Assembly (NCBI GenBank): GCA_044354655.1
Contig: JBIKZP010000001.1
Location: forward strand, 1 to 36,642
From: Rhodoferax sp.
GTDB lineage: Bacteria > Pseudomonadota > Gammaproteobacteria > Burkholderiales > Burkholderiaceae_C
Length of the DNA stretch: 36,642 nt
Direction of reading: 5' to 3'
Position numbers and translations under genes: made by a program. This document shows positions 1-10,561 of the stretch, one piece after another. How positions within the stretch are numbered: position 1 is the first letter of the stretch; each line of letters begins with the position of its first letter. The notes beneath the pieces were generated by a model, which saw only the letters and a list, made by a program, of their open reading frames with translations, had not been told where the DNA came from and searched no databases.

Positions 1-525
1 TCAGGCGCCAATGGCCTGGACGACTGGGGTCTGGCCCGCGAACCCGCGCTACAGCAAATCAACCATGTGCACACGGCGGGCAATGCGCCCTGCATGGCCG
101 ATGGGGCCAGCGCGGTTCTGCTGGGCACGGCCGAGGTGGCCGCCCGACTGGGCCTGCCGGTGCGGGCGCGCATTCTGGCGCATGCCGATGCGTGCGTCCC
201 ACTGACCCAGACCGGTGCGGTTGACGCCACCACCAAGGCCTTGGCCCGGGCCGGTCTGAGCGTGGCTGATATTGACCTGTGGGAGGTGCGCGACTCGTTT
301 GCTGCCATCACGCTGCACTACATCCGCAGCCTGGGTATTGCGCTGGAAAAATTCAACGTCAATGGCAGCTCCATTGCGCTGGGCCACCCGATGGGTGCCA
401 CTGGCGCCATGCTGGTGAGCTGCCTGCTTGATGAAATGGAGCGGCGTGATCTGCGCTACGGCGTGGCCGCGCTGCCCGGCGCTTTTGGCGTGGCCACCGC
501 CACCGTGTTCGAGCGGCTGCGCTAA
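1..525 (+). CDS. Thiolase-family protein, C-terminal part (5' truncated by window edge), with atypical catalytic motifs
   Basis: Frame is open from base 1 (SGANGLDDWGLAREPALQQINHVHTAGNA...). Thiolase motifs HTAGNA..DGASA and GHPMGATG are present. NEAF reads RDSF and the C-terminal CxGxG reads LPGAFG. Confidence 0.85.
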   Translation, partial: SGANGLDDWGLAREPALQQINHVHTAGNAPCMADGASAVLLGTAEVAARLGLPVRARILAHADACVPLTQTGAVDATTKALARAGLSVADIDLWEVRDSFAAITLHYIRSLGIALEKFNVNGSSIALGHPMGATGAMLVSCLLDEMERRDLRYGVAALPGAFGVATATVFERLR

Positions 526-580
526 CGGCTTTGCCGCGCACCGCCCTTTACCTCCTTTCCCTTCCCTCTGGAGAATTGCC

Positions 581-2056
581 ATGCTTGAAGTTCATTCCCG
601 TGTCAGCCTGAGCTGCCTGCCCAGTGACAACCCCTACCTCAATGGCGGCCATGGTCCGACCGACACCGAGTGGACCGCCAGCACGCCTGATTTGAAAGTG
701 ATCGGTGAGCTACCCACCGACCTGAACGGCGTCTACCTGCGCAACGGCCACAACCAGATTCATGCGCCCCTGGGCAAATACCACCCGTTCGACGGCGACG
801 GCATGGTGCACGGCATGCACTTTGCCAACGGCCAGGCCACCTACCGCAACCGCTTTGTGCGTACCACCGGCTTTCTGGCCGAATCGGTCGCCCATGAATC
901 CTTGTGGCCCGGCCTCATAGAGCCACGCCGCGCGGTACGCCGCGGCTGGGGGTCGATTGGCGCCATGAAGGACAACGCAGGCACTGACGTGAAGGTGCAT
1001 GCTGGCCGGGCGCTGGCGGCCATGAGCCAATGCAGCGAGCCCTACCGCATGGACCCGGTCACGCTGGAGACGCTCGGCCCGGACACCAACTGGGCGCGCG
1101 CGCTCGGTGACCGGGGTATCTGCTCGCACTTCCAGGTGGACGAGCACAGCAAAGAGATGATGTTCTTCAACTTCGGCGAACACGCACCCTACTTCAACTA
1201 CGGCGTCGTGGATGCCAGCAACAAGCTGGTGCATTACGAACCCATCGAACTGCCCCACGCCACCTGGCCACACGACCTGGGCATGAGCCAGAACTACTGC
1301 GTGATCCATGACCTATCGATGTTCTTCGATCCCGAGGGCCTGAAAAAAGGCCAGCACCGCCTGAAATTTCACCGCGATGTGCCGGCGCGTTTCGGTGTGA
1401 TCCCGCGCTTTGGTACCAGCCGCGATGTGAAGTGGTTCGAGGGCCTGCCCTGCTACATCCTGCATTTGGCCAACACTTACGAGGTAGGCGACGAGATCAT
1501 CATGGATGGCGCGATCCAGACCAACCCGGTACCCGACCTGAGTGGCCTGCCCAAGGAAGGCTATGCACGCATGAATGCCCTGTTGTCCATGGACCTGCAA
1601 GAAACCCGCATGCACCGCTGGCGCTTCAACCTGAAGACCGGGCAGACCCACGAGGAAGACCTGGACGACGAGGTCACCGAGTTCTCCATGATCAACACGC
1701 AGGTCAAGGGCCGGCCCAACCGCTATGTGTACAACGCGTTGATGAAACCCAACTGGGAACTCGACGGCCTCAAAAAATATGACTGGCAAACCGGTCAGAG
1801 CCAGCGCTGGCAAGCCCCCAAGGGCTGCTTTGTGAGCGAGACCCCGTTTGCGCCGCGCGACGGCGCCGTGGCAGAGGACGACGGCTACCTGGTGACCTAC
1901 ATCACCAACCTCAACACCGGCAAAGGTGAGTGCGCCATCTTTGATGCACGCGACATCACCCCCGGACCGATCTGCCGCATCATCCTGCCCGGCCACGTCC
2001 CCATGGGGGCACACGCTGGCTGGACATCGGCCGCCTCCCTGCAGGTACCCGCATGA
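581..2056 (+). CDS. Carotenoid oxygenase / RPE65-family dioxygenase
   Basis: NPYLNG, GxYLRNG, HPFDGDGMVH and EDDGYL motifs; four candidate Fe-ligand His (CSHF, PHDL, ILHL, GAHA). ATG at 581 is preceded by a GGAG RBS. Confidence 0.92.
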   Translation: MLEVHSRVSLSCLPSDNPYLNGGHGPTDTEWTASTPDLKVIGELPTDLNGVYLRNGHNQIHAPLGKYHPFDGDGMVHGMHFANGQATYRNRFVRTTGFLAESVAHESLWPGLIEPRRAVRRGWGSIGAMKDNAGTDVKVHAGRALAAMSQCSEPYRMDPVTLETLGPDTNWARALGDRGICSHFQVDEHSKEMMFFNFGEHAPYFNYGVVDASNKLVHYEPIELPHATWPHDLGMSQNYCVIHDLSMFFDPEGLKKGQHRLKFHRDVPARFGVIPRFGTSRDVKWFEGLPCYILHLANTYEVGDEIIMDGAIQTNPVPDLSGLPKEGYARMNALLSMDLQETRMHRWRFNLKTGQTHEEDLDDEVTEFSMINTQVKGRPNRYVYNALMKPNWELDGLKKYDWQTGQSQRWQAPKGCFVSETPFAPRDGAVAEDDGYLVTYITNLNTGKGECAIFDARDITPGPICRIILPGHVPMGAHAGWTSAASLQVPA

Positions 2057-2865
2057 GCCACAGCGCCGTCACTCTGCCCGATTACGCCGTGCACCACCCC
2101 GTAGGCGGTGGCCATGGCGTCACCGTGTTTTTGCTGCACGGCGCCTTTGGCGCCAAGGAATACTGGCGCACCCAAGTACAGGCGCTCACGCAAGCCGGCT
2201 TCCGCGTGGTGTCGTGGGACGCGCCGGGTTACGGCTTGTCGGCCCTGCCGGTGCCGCTGACGATTGACCACTGTGCGCGCGCACTCTGTCTGCTACTTGA
2301 GAAAGAGGGCGGCGCGCGCAACGTGGTGATGGGCCACAGCATGGGCGGCATGGTCGCGCAGCAAGCCTGGCGCTACGCCCGGGCGCGCATTCACGGCTAC
2401 GTGCTGTCAGCCACCAGCGCCTCATTCGGCAGCCCGGACGGCGACTGGCAGAAAGAATTTGTACGCGCCCGTGTGGCGCCGCTGGATGCCGGCAAAACCA
2501 TTCCTGAATACGCTCCGGTGATGCTGCGCGCCATGATGGCCCCCGGTGCCAGTGGCCCGGCGGTGGACCTGTTGATTGGCACCGTGAGCCAGATGCGCGA
2601 AGAAACCTTCCGTGCCGCCGTGGCTGCCATCGTCGGTTTTGAAGGCCGCGACCTGTTGCCGACGCTGGACGTGCCGGTGTTGTGCATCGCCGGTGAACTT
2701 GACGCTACCGCCCCGGTTGCCGTCATGCAAAAAATGGCCGGCAAGATCGCCGGCGCAGAGTTCGTCAGCCTGACCGGTCTAGGGCATTTTGGCTGGGCCG
2801 AAGATCCACCTCGCTTCAATGCCGCCGTGCTGGATTTTCTTGCCCAGCACTTTCCCCAACACTGA
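2053..2865 (+). CDS. Alpha/beta fold hydrolase (PcaD/enol-lactone hydrolase-like)
   Basis: LLHG, WDAPGYG, GHSMGG nucleophile elbow, GELD acid, GH catalytic His; ATGA overlap with the upstream oxygenase. Confidence 0.88.
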   Translation: MSHSAVTLPDYAVHHPVGGGHGVTVFLLHGAFGAKEYWRTQVQALTQAGFRVVSWDAPGYGLSALPVPLTIDHCARALCLLLEKEGGARNVVMGHSMGGMVAQQAWRYARARIHGYVLSATSASFGSPDGDWQKEFVRARVAPLDAGKTIPEYAPVMLRAMMAPGASGPAVDLLIGTVSQMREETFRAAVAAIVGFEGRDLLPTLDVPVLCIAGELDATAPVAVMQKMAGKIAGAEFVSLTGLGHFGWAEDPPRFNAAVLDFLAQHFPQH

Positions 2866-2882
2866 AACTACGAGGTTCCTCC

Positions 2883-3845
2883 ATGCGCCACTACACCCGC
2901 ACACTTGCCCTGCTACTGACCGGCCTTTGGGCCGCTATTGCTAGCGCCCAAACCAATTACCCCGACAAGCCGATCACCGTGATCGTGCCCTTCCCGCCTG
3001 GCATCGTAGACAGCTATGCCAGGCTGGTGGCGACCAAAGCCAGCGCTATCCTGGGTCAACCGATGGTGATCAAAAACCAGGCCGGCGCCGGCCAGCGCAT
3101 CGGCACCGACGCACTGGCTAAATCGCCCAAGGACGGCTACACCATTGGCGTGATCACCAACGCCGGCGTGGTGTCGGGCCCCGTACTGGCGGCCAATGTG
3201 CCCTATGACCCGATCAAGGACCTGAGCTACCTGACCATGATCTTCGAGTCGCATTACCTCATCAACACCCAACCCGCTTCGGGTATCAAGTCGCTCAAGC
3301 AACTGGTGGACATGGCCAAAGCAGCACCCGAGAAATACAAGTTCGGCTCCACCGGCATGGGCACCGGCTTTCACCTCGCCAGCGAGCAATTTTTATACAC
3401 CGCCGGTATCAAGATGCTGCATGTGCCTTACAAGGGCGAAACGCCGATGTTGACCGACCTGATGGGTGGCCAGGTGGAGTTGGGCTTCTCGTCCATGGCC
3501 AGCCGCACCATGGCCGAGTCGGGCAAGTTGGTCATGCTGGCCTACAGTGGCGAAAAACGCTCGCCGCTGTTGCCCAACGTACCCACCGTGCGCGAGCTGG
3601 GCATACCGTATGTGAGCTCAGGCTGGCTGGGCTTTGCTATGCCGGCTGGTGTGCCCACCCCCATTCGCGACAAACTGGTGGCGGCGTTGACGGCAGCGGT
3701 GAATGACCCTGAAGTAACGGCAAATTTCACCAAAGGAGGCGGCGAGCCGCGCACCCTGAGCGGTGACGCGTTTGCAGCCCGCGTCAAGCGCGAGCTCGAC
3801 GACATTCGGGAACTCAACAAGCAGCTCAAAATAACGCTGGAATAA
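2883..3845 (+). CDS. Tripartite tricarboxylate transporter substrate-binding protein (Bug/TctC family)
   Basis: Signal peptide, YPDKPITVIVPFPPG, DGYT and HVPYKG motifs; RBS GAGG. Confidence 0.93.
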   Translation: MRHYTRTLALLLTGLWAAIASAQTNYPDKPITVIVPFPPGIVDSYARLVATKASAILGQPMVIKNQAGAGQRIGTDALAKSPKDGYTIGVITNAGVVSGPVLAANVPYDPIKDLSYLTMIFESHYLINTQPASGIKSLKQLVDMAKAAPEKYKFGSTGMGTGFHLASEQFLYTAGIKMLHVPYKGETPMLTDLMGGQVELGFSSMASRTMAESGKLVMLAYSGEKRSPLLPNVPTVRELGIPYVSSGWLGFAMPAGVPTPIRDKLVAALTAAVNDPEVTANFTKGGGEPRTLSGDAFAARVKRELDDIRELNKQLKITLE

Positions 3846-3849
3846 CAGC

Positions 3850-5067
3850 ATGGCAATTCTTGGCAATGTGCGGGTGCTGGACCTGACGCGCGTGGTAGCC
3901 GGTCCGTGGTGCACCCAGGCCTTGGCCGACCTCGGCGCCGATGTGATCAAGATAGAGCGTCCCGATGGGGGCGATGACACCCGTCGAGTCAGCCCTTTTG
4001 TGATGGGCGCTGATGGCAAGCCCACCCTGGACTCGGCATTTTTCATGGGCAGCAACCGAGGCAAGCGTTCGGTCACGGTAGACATTGGTACGCCGCAGGG
4101 CGCGCAACTGATACGCGAGTTGGCCCTCCATTGCGATGTGTTTATTGAGAACTACAAAGTGGGTGGGCTCAAGCGCTATGGGCTGGATTACGAGCGCATT
4201 CGGACTATCAATCCGTCCGTTATTTATTGCAGCGTCACCGGCTTCGGGCAAGACGGCCCCTATGCCGATCGCCCGGCCTACGACTCGGTGATGCAGGCCA
4301 TGTGCGGCCTGATGAGCACCTGTGGCCAGCCCGATGGCGCACCCGGTGCGGGCCCCATGCGCTCCGCCGTGCCGGTGGCCGACATCTTCACCGGACTCTA
4401 TGCCGCCATTGCAATTTTGGCAGCCCTCATTCACCGGCGTGACAGCGGTGAGGGGCAGTACATTGACGCGGCCTTGGTGGACGCCACCACCGCCGTCAAC
4501 GGCCACCTGGCCCTGGGTTACCTGATGACCGGCCAAGTGCCGCAGCGCCAGGGCAACAACAACCCCATCACGGCGCCCAGCGAAGTGTTTCAAGCCAACG
4601 ATGGTTACTTCACCATGTCGGCGGGCAATGCCGGCCAGTTTGAAAAATTGCTGCGCGTGCTGGACCTGCCCGCGAGCCTGGCGCAAGACCCGCGCTTTGT
4701 CACCAACATCGACCGCATGGCACACCGCAGCGCCTTGCACGATATTTTGCAAGCCCAAATTGAGCAGGCCACGGTGGCGCACTGGATTGGTCACCTGTCG
4801 GTAGCCGGTGTGCCGTGCGCGCCCATCTTAAATATGCAGCAGTTGTTTGATGACCCGCAGGTACGCCATCGCGGGCTAGCGCTTACCGTGCCGCATGCCA
4901 GCGGCGTCAATGTGCCGATGGTGCGCAGCCCTTTGCGGCTGTCGGCCGCGCCCGTGCAGCACCGCGCGCCCCCCATGTTGGGCCAGCATTCGGCGGAGGT
5001 GCTGCAAGAGCTGTTGGGCAAGAGCACAGCGGAGCTTGCGCAGTTGAAGTCCGCCGGTGTGATCTAG
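3850..5067 (+). CDS. CaiB/BaiF family (class III) CoA-transferase
   Basis: VLDLTRVVAGP, GADVIKIERP, NRGKRS, GFGQDGP, catalytic Asp in VADIFTG, PPMLGQH. Confidence 0.93.
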   Translation: MAILGNVRVLDLTRVVAGPWCTQALADLGADVIKIERPDGGDDTRRVSPFVMGADGKPTLDSAFFMGSNRGKRSVTVDIGTPQGAQLIRELALHCDVFIENYKVGGLKRYGLDYERIRTINPSVIYCSVTGFGQDGPYADRPAYDSVMQAMCGLMSTCGQPDGAPGAGPMRSAVPVADIFTGLYAAIAILAALIHRRDSGEGQYIDAALVDATTAVNGHLALGYLMTGQVPQRQGNNNPITAPSEVFQANDGYFTMSAGNAGQFEKLLRVLDLPASLAQDPRFVTNIDRMAHRSALHDILQAQIEQATVAHWIGHLSVAGVPCAPILNMQQLFDDPQVRHRGLALTVPHASGVNVPMVRSPLRLSAAPVQHRAPPMLGQHSAEVLQELLGKSTAELAQLKSAGVI

Positions 5068-5288
5068 ATCTAATTCAGCAAGGGCTTGCATGCGAAAAAA
5101 TGCCATCCAACTAAGAGGGGTTAATTCTGATACTCATTAACTTGAACCTCAATGCGCTTAAGCTAGTCGAGTATTTGAAATTCTTTTAGTTTGTCAAACA
5201 AGTCCTTTGCGACCCTACTCAATTGCTGTCTTCGTTGTTTAACAAATAGATTCCGTTTCAAAAATTTGCATGATCTACCGTTGTAAAA

Positions 5289-5546
5289 ATGTTTTTTGAA
5301 AAATCTGAACTATCAGCAAATTTAGTCGTTACGCGCTTGTGTCAATCTCTTGCCCTACTTGGCAACATGTTGGCAGTTCTGGGATGCTTAGGCTTGATTC
5401 TGGGCGTTCTTGGTGTCTTTGACATGAACCTTTTTGCCTTGGGGCTTTCATCCGGGATTCGCATCATTGGTACAGTTGCAATCACAGGCTGCTTGCTTAG
5501 TGCAATTGGCTACGGTGTTCTCGATTATTCAAAAAATAAAATTTAA
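5289..5546 (+). CDS. Small hypothetical membrane protein (about 2 TM segments)
   Basis: Hydrophobic 85-aa ORF; the start may instead be the ATG at 5367. First of three tightly packed small ORFs. Confidence 0.6.
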   Translation: MFFEKSELSANLVVTRLCQSLALLGNMLAVLGCLGLILGVLGVFDMNLFALGLSSGIRIIGTVAITGCLLSAIGYGVLDYSKNKI

Positions 5547-5557
5547 AAGGAAATTTA

Positions 5558-5749
5558 ATGTTTAAGCGTTCCGATTTTTTTATCATTTTGGCAGTCATGT
5601 TGTCATTTGTGATCTCAGCTTATTTGTGGTTTGTCATCAAAGACCAGCAGCAAGCTATCTTCACCGCCATTTGGATTCCGTCGATCTTCACGTTCGGCAT
5701 CTATTTCAAGTTATGCGCTTTGATGGGGCGAAATAATGACAACATTTGA
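5558..5749 (+). CDS. Small hypothetical membrane protein (2 TM segments)
   Basis: 63 aa, RBS AAGGA, two hydrophobic helices (FFIILAVMLSFVISAYLWF; AIFTAIWIPSIFTFGIYF). Confidence 0.7.
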   Translation: MFKRSDFFIILAVMLSFVISAYLWFVIKDQQQAIFTAIWIPSIFTFGIYFKLCALMGRNNDNI

Positions 5750-5864
5750 CATCTTCTACCCCGCAATTGCCGTTTTTTCGCTCTTGGTCATCGGCTTAGT
5801 GCTGACTGTCTTGGAGTTCGCAAAAATCAACAAGCAAAAACAAGGTAAAAAAACTCTCCCCTAG
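5736..5864 (+). CDS. 42-aa single-TM microprotein (not in the ORF track)
   Basis: Read by hand: MTTFDIFYPAIAVFSLLVIGLVLTVLEFAKINKQKQGKKTLP*. It overlaps the previous ORF end and has one TM helix plus a Lys-rich tail. Its stop overlaps the fghA stop. Confidence 0.55.
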   Translation: MTTFDIFYPAIAVFSLLVIGLVLTVLEFAKINKQKQGKKTLP

Positions 5865-6705
5865 AGATAGCTGGCATGGTGGTTGAAGTGATCGCCGAGG
5901 AAAGTAGCGATGAAATAGTAGCTGTGGTCATAGCCCGGCTGCATACGCAAGGTGATTGGATGGCCTGCGGCTTCGCACGCCGCTTGTAACAGTTTCGACT
6001 GCAGTTGGGTCTCAAGAAACTCGTCTGCATCGCCCTGATCCACCAGCAGGGGCAGTCTCTCTTGGCGCTCAGCCGTCACCAGTTCAACAGCATCCCATGC
6101 GCGCCAATCCTGGCGGTCTAGGCCCAGGTAGGCTGCAAATGCCTTTTGGCCCCAGGGCACCTGAGAGGGCGCGACGATGGGCGAAAACGCAGACACACTG
6201 CGGTAACGCCCGGGATGGCGCAGCGCGGTGACCAGGGCGCCATGCCCGCCCATGGAATGACCAAAGATGGCGCGCGCATCGCTTGCAGAAAAATGCTGCT
6301 CAATCAAGACGGGAAGTTCCTCGGCCACGTAGTCCTGCATGCGGTAATGCGAAGCCCACGGTGCCTGCGTGGCGTTGACATAAAAGGCCGCACCCTGGCC
6401 CAGATCGTAGGCGGCGTCGTTAGCCACCGTCTCACCGCGCGGGCTGGTGTCGGGTGCCACCACGATGAAGCCATGACGTGCCGCATGCGCCTGAAAGCCG
6501 CTCTTGGTGATGAAGTTTTGCTCGGAGCAGGTTAGCCCCGACAGCCAGTACAACACCGGGCATTTCTGGCCGCGCAGTGCTTGCGAAGGCAAATACACCG
6601 CCAGCTTCATCTCACAGCCGAGCGTCTTCGACGCATGCTTCCAAACCTCCTGCCGACCGCCAAAGCTGGCGTGCTGCTCAATGCGTACCATGTTCGTCCC
6701 CATCA

Positions 6706-6706
<1 letters not shown>
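5861..6706 (-). CDS. fghA: S-formylglutathione hydrolase
   Basis: WLSGLTC, GHSMGGHGAL, SAFSPI and GYDHSYYF motifs; immediately downstream of the class III ADH. Confidence 0.96.
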
Positions 6707-7866
<1,160 letters not shown>

Positions 7867-7914
7867 TCAAAGTGAAAACCTACGCCGAGCGACGCTGATG
7901 GGCTGGTGTATTTA

Positions 7915-8331
7915 TCAGGAAGTAGGACGATTGCGTGACTCTGCATTTCTTGCCCAGCGCTGCAAGTAAGGTCTGAAATGTAAAAAGCCACGGTACCCAA
8001 GCTCTAGTAACCCTGTTGCACCAGGGAGACGGGCTAACCGACCCAGCCAGCGCCAGCCCGGCATCACCCGCCAAAGTGCCACAAAAGCCGCAGCGCCGCT
8101 GATGAGGCGACCGTCCTCCCACTGAACATGAAAACGCGCCATGTAACGGGCTTGGTCAGCCTGGCTGAGGCCAGCAAGGTCACTGCTCACGTCGCGCCAT
8201 GAGACCGTTTGCAGCGGGGTGAGCGATTGGTAAAGGGCTATTTCTCGCCGGCACAAAGGACACGATCCATCAAACATCACGGTGAGTTCGCCGCAGCGCG
8301 TGTCCTTCAATTCGCCTTGTGATTCGTTCAT
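7915..8331 (-). CDS. DCC1-like thiol-disulfide oxidoreductase family (DUF393)
   Basis: FDGSCPLCRREI (DxxCxxC) and RFHV...SGAAAF motifs; ATG at 8331 preferred over the ORF-track start. Confidence 0.85.
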   Translation of the reverse strand: MNESQGELKDTRCGELTVMFDGSCPLCRREIALYQSLTPLQTVSWRDVSSDLAGLSQADQARYMARFHVQWEDGRLISGAAAFVALWRVMPGWRWLGRLARLPGATGLLELGYRGFLHFRPYLQRWARNAESRNRPTS

Positions 8332-8563
8332 ATTAAATCGCCTGTGGAACAAGTCGCCAAATTAAGACAAGTAGTGGAAAAGAAAGTACTTGGGAAACAA
8401 TTTCCGCACCCAGAACATACTGGTCATTGGTTTGTATCTCATCCCGACTACCTCCGCTTACCTCAGGTCAATAGTCGCTTGCCGCAGCGGACTGACTTAA
8501 TTTATTCCACGCAGCATTAACCTACGGCCGCATTGCTTGGACGGCTAATTCCACGTGCACCTC

Positions 8564-8923
8564 TTAAATTGCATGACTCTGAAGAAGCTCAAGATTGATC
8601 ATCTTCAATGCATTGGCGTGTGTAGCCTCCAGTTGCACCGGCGGTGCTACACCAGCGTCCAGGGCTTCTAGCCAGCGCATTGCGCACAGGCACCACCTAT
8701 CACCAGGTTTCAAGCCTGCGAAGCGTGATTCGGGACGAGGTGTCATTAGGTCGTTGCCACGCGATAGCGAATAAGCCAAAAATTCGGCAGTCACACGCGC
8801 GCACACAACGTGGGTACCTTGGTCTTGTGCGTTGGTATTGCAGCAGCCATCTCGAAAGTAACCCGTAATAGGGTCAAAAGAGCACACCAGCAGCGGGGTG
8901 CCCAGTACATTGAGTGAGGTCAT
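8564..8923 (-). CDS. DUF2237 family protein
   Basis: NVLGxPL..CS.DP.TGYFRDGCC...H.VC and GLKPGDRWCLCA.RW; ATG at 8923. Confidence 0.88.
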   Translation of the reverse strand: MTSLNVLGTPLLVCSFDPITGYFRDGCCNTNAQDQGTHVVCARVTAEFLAYSLSRGNDLMTPRPESRFAGLKPGDRWCLCAMRWLEALDAGVAPPVQLEATHANALKMINLELLQSHAI

Positions 8924-9084
8924 TTGTTTAAAGTTGTCCTTTGCAATCCCACAGTTCACCACAAGGGCTAAGCCCCTAGGGGTGAAGTGCTGATTGTGAT
9001 GACAAATTACTTTGCCTTTTGCAACACTGTGCGCCGGCAATCCCCCCGATCGACCAGGTGACCGAGATCAGCCTATAATTTTTT

Positions 9085-10557
9085 TCAGCCCAATTTATCT
9101 GCGATTGGCGCTGGGCGAGTGAGGACCTTATTGGGATTCATTATTCCCAAAGGATCAAACGCTTTTTTGATCTGATGCATGAGCCCGACTTCTATGGACG
9201 ACTTGTAGCGAACTAATTCAGTTGTTAATGACTGTCCGATTCCGTGCTCGGCGCTAAAAGTGCCCTGAAACTCCATTGATGTGTCGTACACCAATTGCCT
9301 TACTTGCTTAGCGTAGGCCTTGGAATCACCCAGTGCATCCCAAAAGGCTTGCGGGAAAATGGCTAAAAAGTGGACGTTGCCATCGCCGAGATGCGCGACC
9401 GTCACAACATGTGCCTCGGGGAATGCTTTGTTGATTTTCGACGTAGCGCTTTTGACGAAGGCCGGCACGAGAGACGTTGGCACTGCTACGTCATGGTTCA
9501 GACTCACACCATGTGAGCGGTTGGCTTGCGAAACGCTATGACGTATTTTCCAAAAGCTCAACGCGTGTGCATGGCTCGCAGCAACCAGCGCGTTGTTCAC
9601 TTGGCCAACTTCCATCGCTTTGACCAATGTCTGCTGAAGCAATGCGTCCAACGTTCCAGTCGTAATCGAGTCGCTAAGTTCAATCAGCAGGTAACCTGCT
9701 GACTTGTCTGGGAGTGGATCGGACTGGCCAGGAACATACCTTAGAACCAAATCAAGCTGTTCCCGCGACACATACTCAAACGCTGACAAGCGAGATTCAA
9801 ATTCAACACGAAAGCGGGACAGTAAATCGGTTGCATGTTGAAGGCTAGGCATGGCGACCCATGCAACTGCTTTTTCAACCGGTTGCGCAAAAAGCTTCAA
9901 CGTTGCCCCAGTGATGATGCCAAGCGTACCCTCGGCACCCATGAATAAAGCCTTCAGGTCATATCCGGTATTGTCTTTTCGCAGGGCGCGCAGACCATCC
10001 CATACATCACCATTAGGAAGCACAACCTCTAAGCCCAGAACCATGTCACGTGCATTGCCATAGCGAAGCACTGCAGTTCCTCCCGCATTGGTGGACAGGT
10101 TTCCGCCAATTTGACATGTTCCCTCTGCCCCTAAGCTCAAAGGGAAAAAAAGGCCATTTGATATTGCACATTCTTGTATGGTTTGCAAGATGACACCGGC
10201 TTCGACCGTCACGCTTTGATTGGCGCAATCTACCGCACGGATACGATTCATCCTTGACATATTGATGATGACGTTGCACCCCTGATCCTTGAGGGGAACG
10301 CAGGCACCACTCTGCCCTGTATTGCCGCCCTGGGGAATCATCGGCAAGTTCATGTCTGTGCACAATCGCACTATCTGAGCGACCTGCTCAGTGCTACGGG
10401 GGAGAAGAACGGCATCAGTTGGACCGCTGAAATTTCGACGCCAATCTATTACATAGGCATCAAGCTCGGCTGTATTGCTAAGCACCCCATCTCTACCAAC
10501 CACATCCTGTAGGCGGCTAAGTGCCGAAGCACTTAGACGAGTTTTATCGTCGGCCAT
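9085..10557 (-). CDS. FAD-linked oxidase, D-2-hydroxyglutarate/D-2-hydroxyacid dehydrogenase-like
   Basis: PQGGNTG, IGGNLSTNAGG, LRKDNTGYDL, GAEGTLGIIT, HDVAVP, HLGDGNVH, SAEHGIG, DP.GIMNP. Confidence 0.9.
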   Translation of the reverse strand: MADDKTRLSASALSRLQDVVGRDGVLSNTAELDAYVIDWRRNFSGPTDAVLLPRSTEQVAQIVRLCTDMNLPMIPQGGNTGQSGACVPLKDQGCNVIINMSRMNRIRAVDCANQSVTVEAGVILQTIQECAISNGLFFPLSLGAEGTCQIGGNLSTNAGGTAVLRYGNARDMVLGLEVVLPNGDVWDGLRALRKDNTGYDLKALFMGAEGTLGIITGATLKLFAQPVEKAVAWVAMPSLQHATDLLSRFRVEFESRLSAFEYVSREQLDLVLRYVPGQSDPLPDKSAGYLLIELSDSITTGTLDALLQQTLVKAMEVGQVNNALVAASHAHALSFWKIRHSVSQANRSHGVSLNHDVAVPTSLVPAFVKSATSKINKAFPEAHVVTVAHLGDGNVHFLAIFPQAFWDALGDSKAYAKQVRQLVYDTSMEFQGTFSAEHGIGQSLTTELVRYKSSIEVGLMHQIKKAFDPLGIMNPNKVLTRPAPIADKLG

Positions 10558-10561
10558 GGTG

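Noticed and set aside
428-580. N-terminal extensions in the ORF track (oxygenase from 428; also 9040, 17542, 19259, 28244, 29925)
   Set aside because: They overlap neighbouring genes or regulatory sites; downstream starts fit the family N-termini or RBS positions better.
581-2865. Strigolactone-like biosynthesis/perception analogy (CCD + alpha/beta hydrolase + P450)
   Set aside because: Only a family-level coincidence. The P450 is about 29 kb away in a separately regulated locus, and the local context is uptake and CoA catabolism.
3826-4794. Long antisense ORFs (e.g. 3826-4794, 1313-2014, 35298-36134, 30593-31207)
   Set aside because: They are shadows of well-supported genes on the opposite strand in GC-rich DNA and carry no recognisable motifs.
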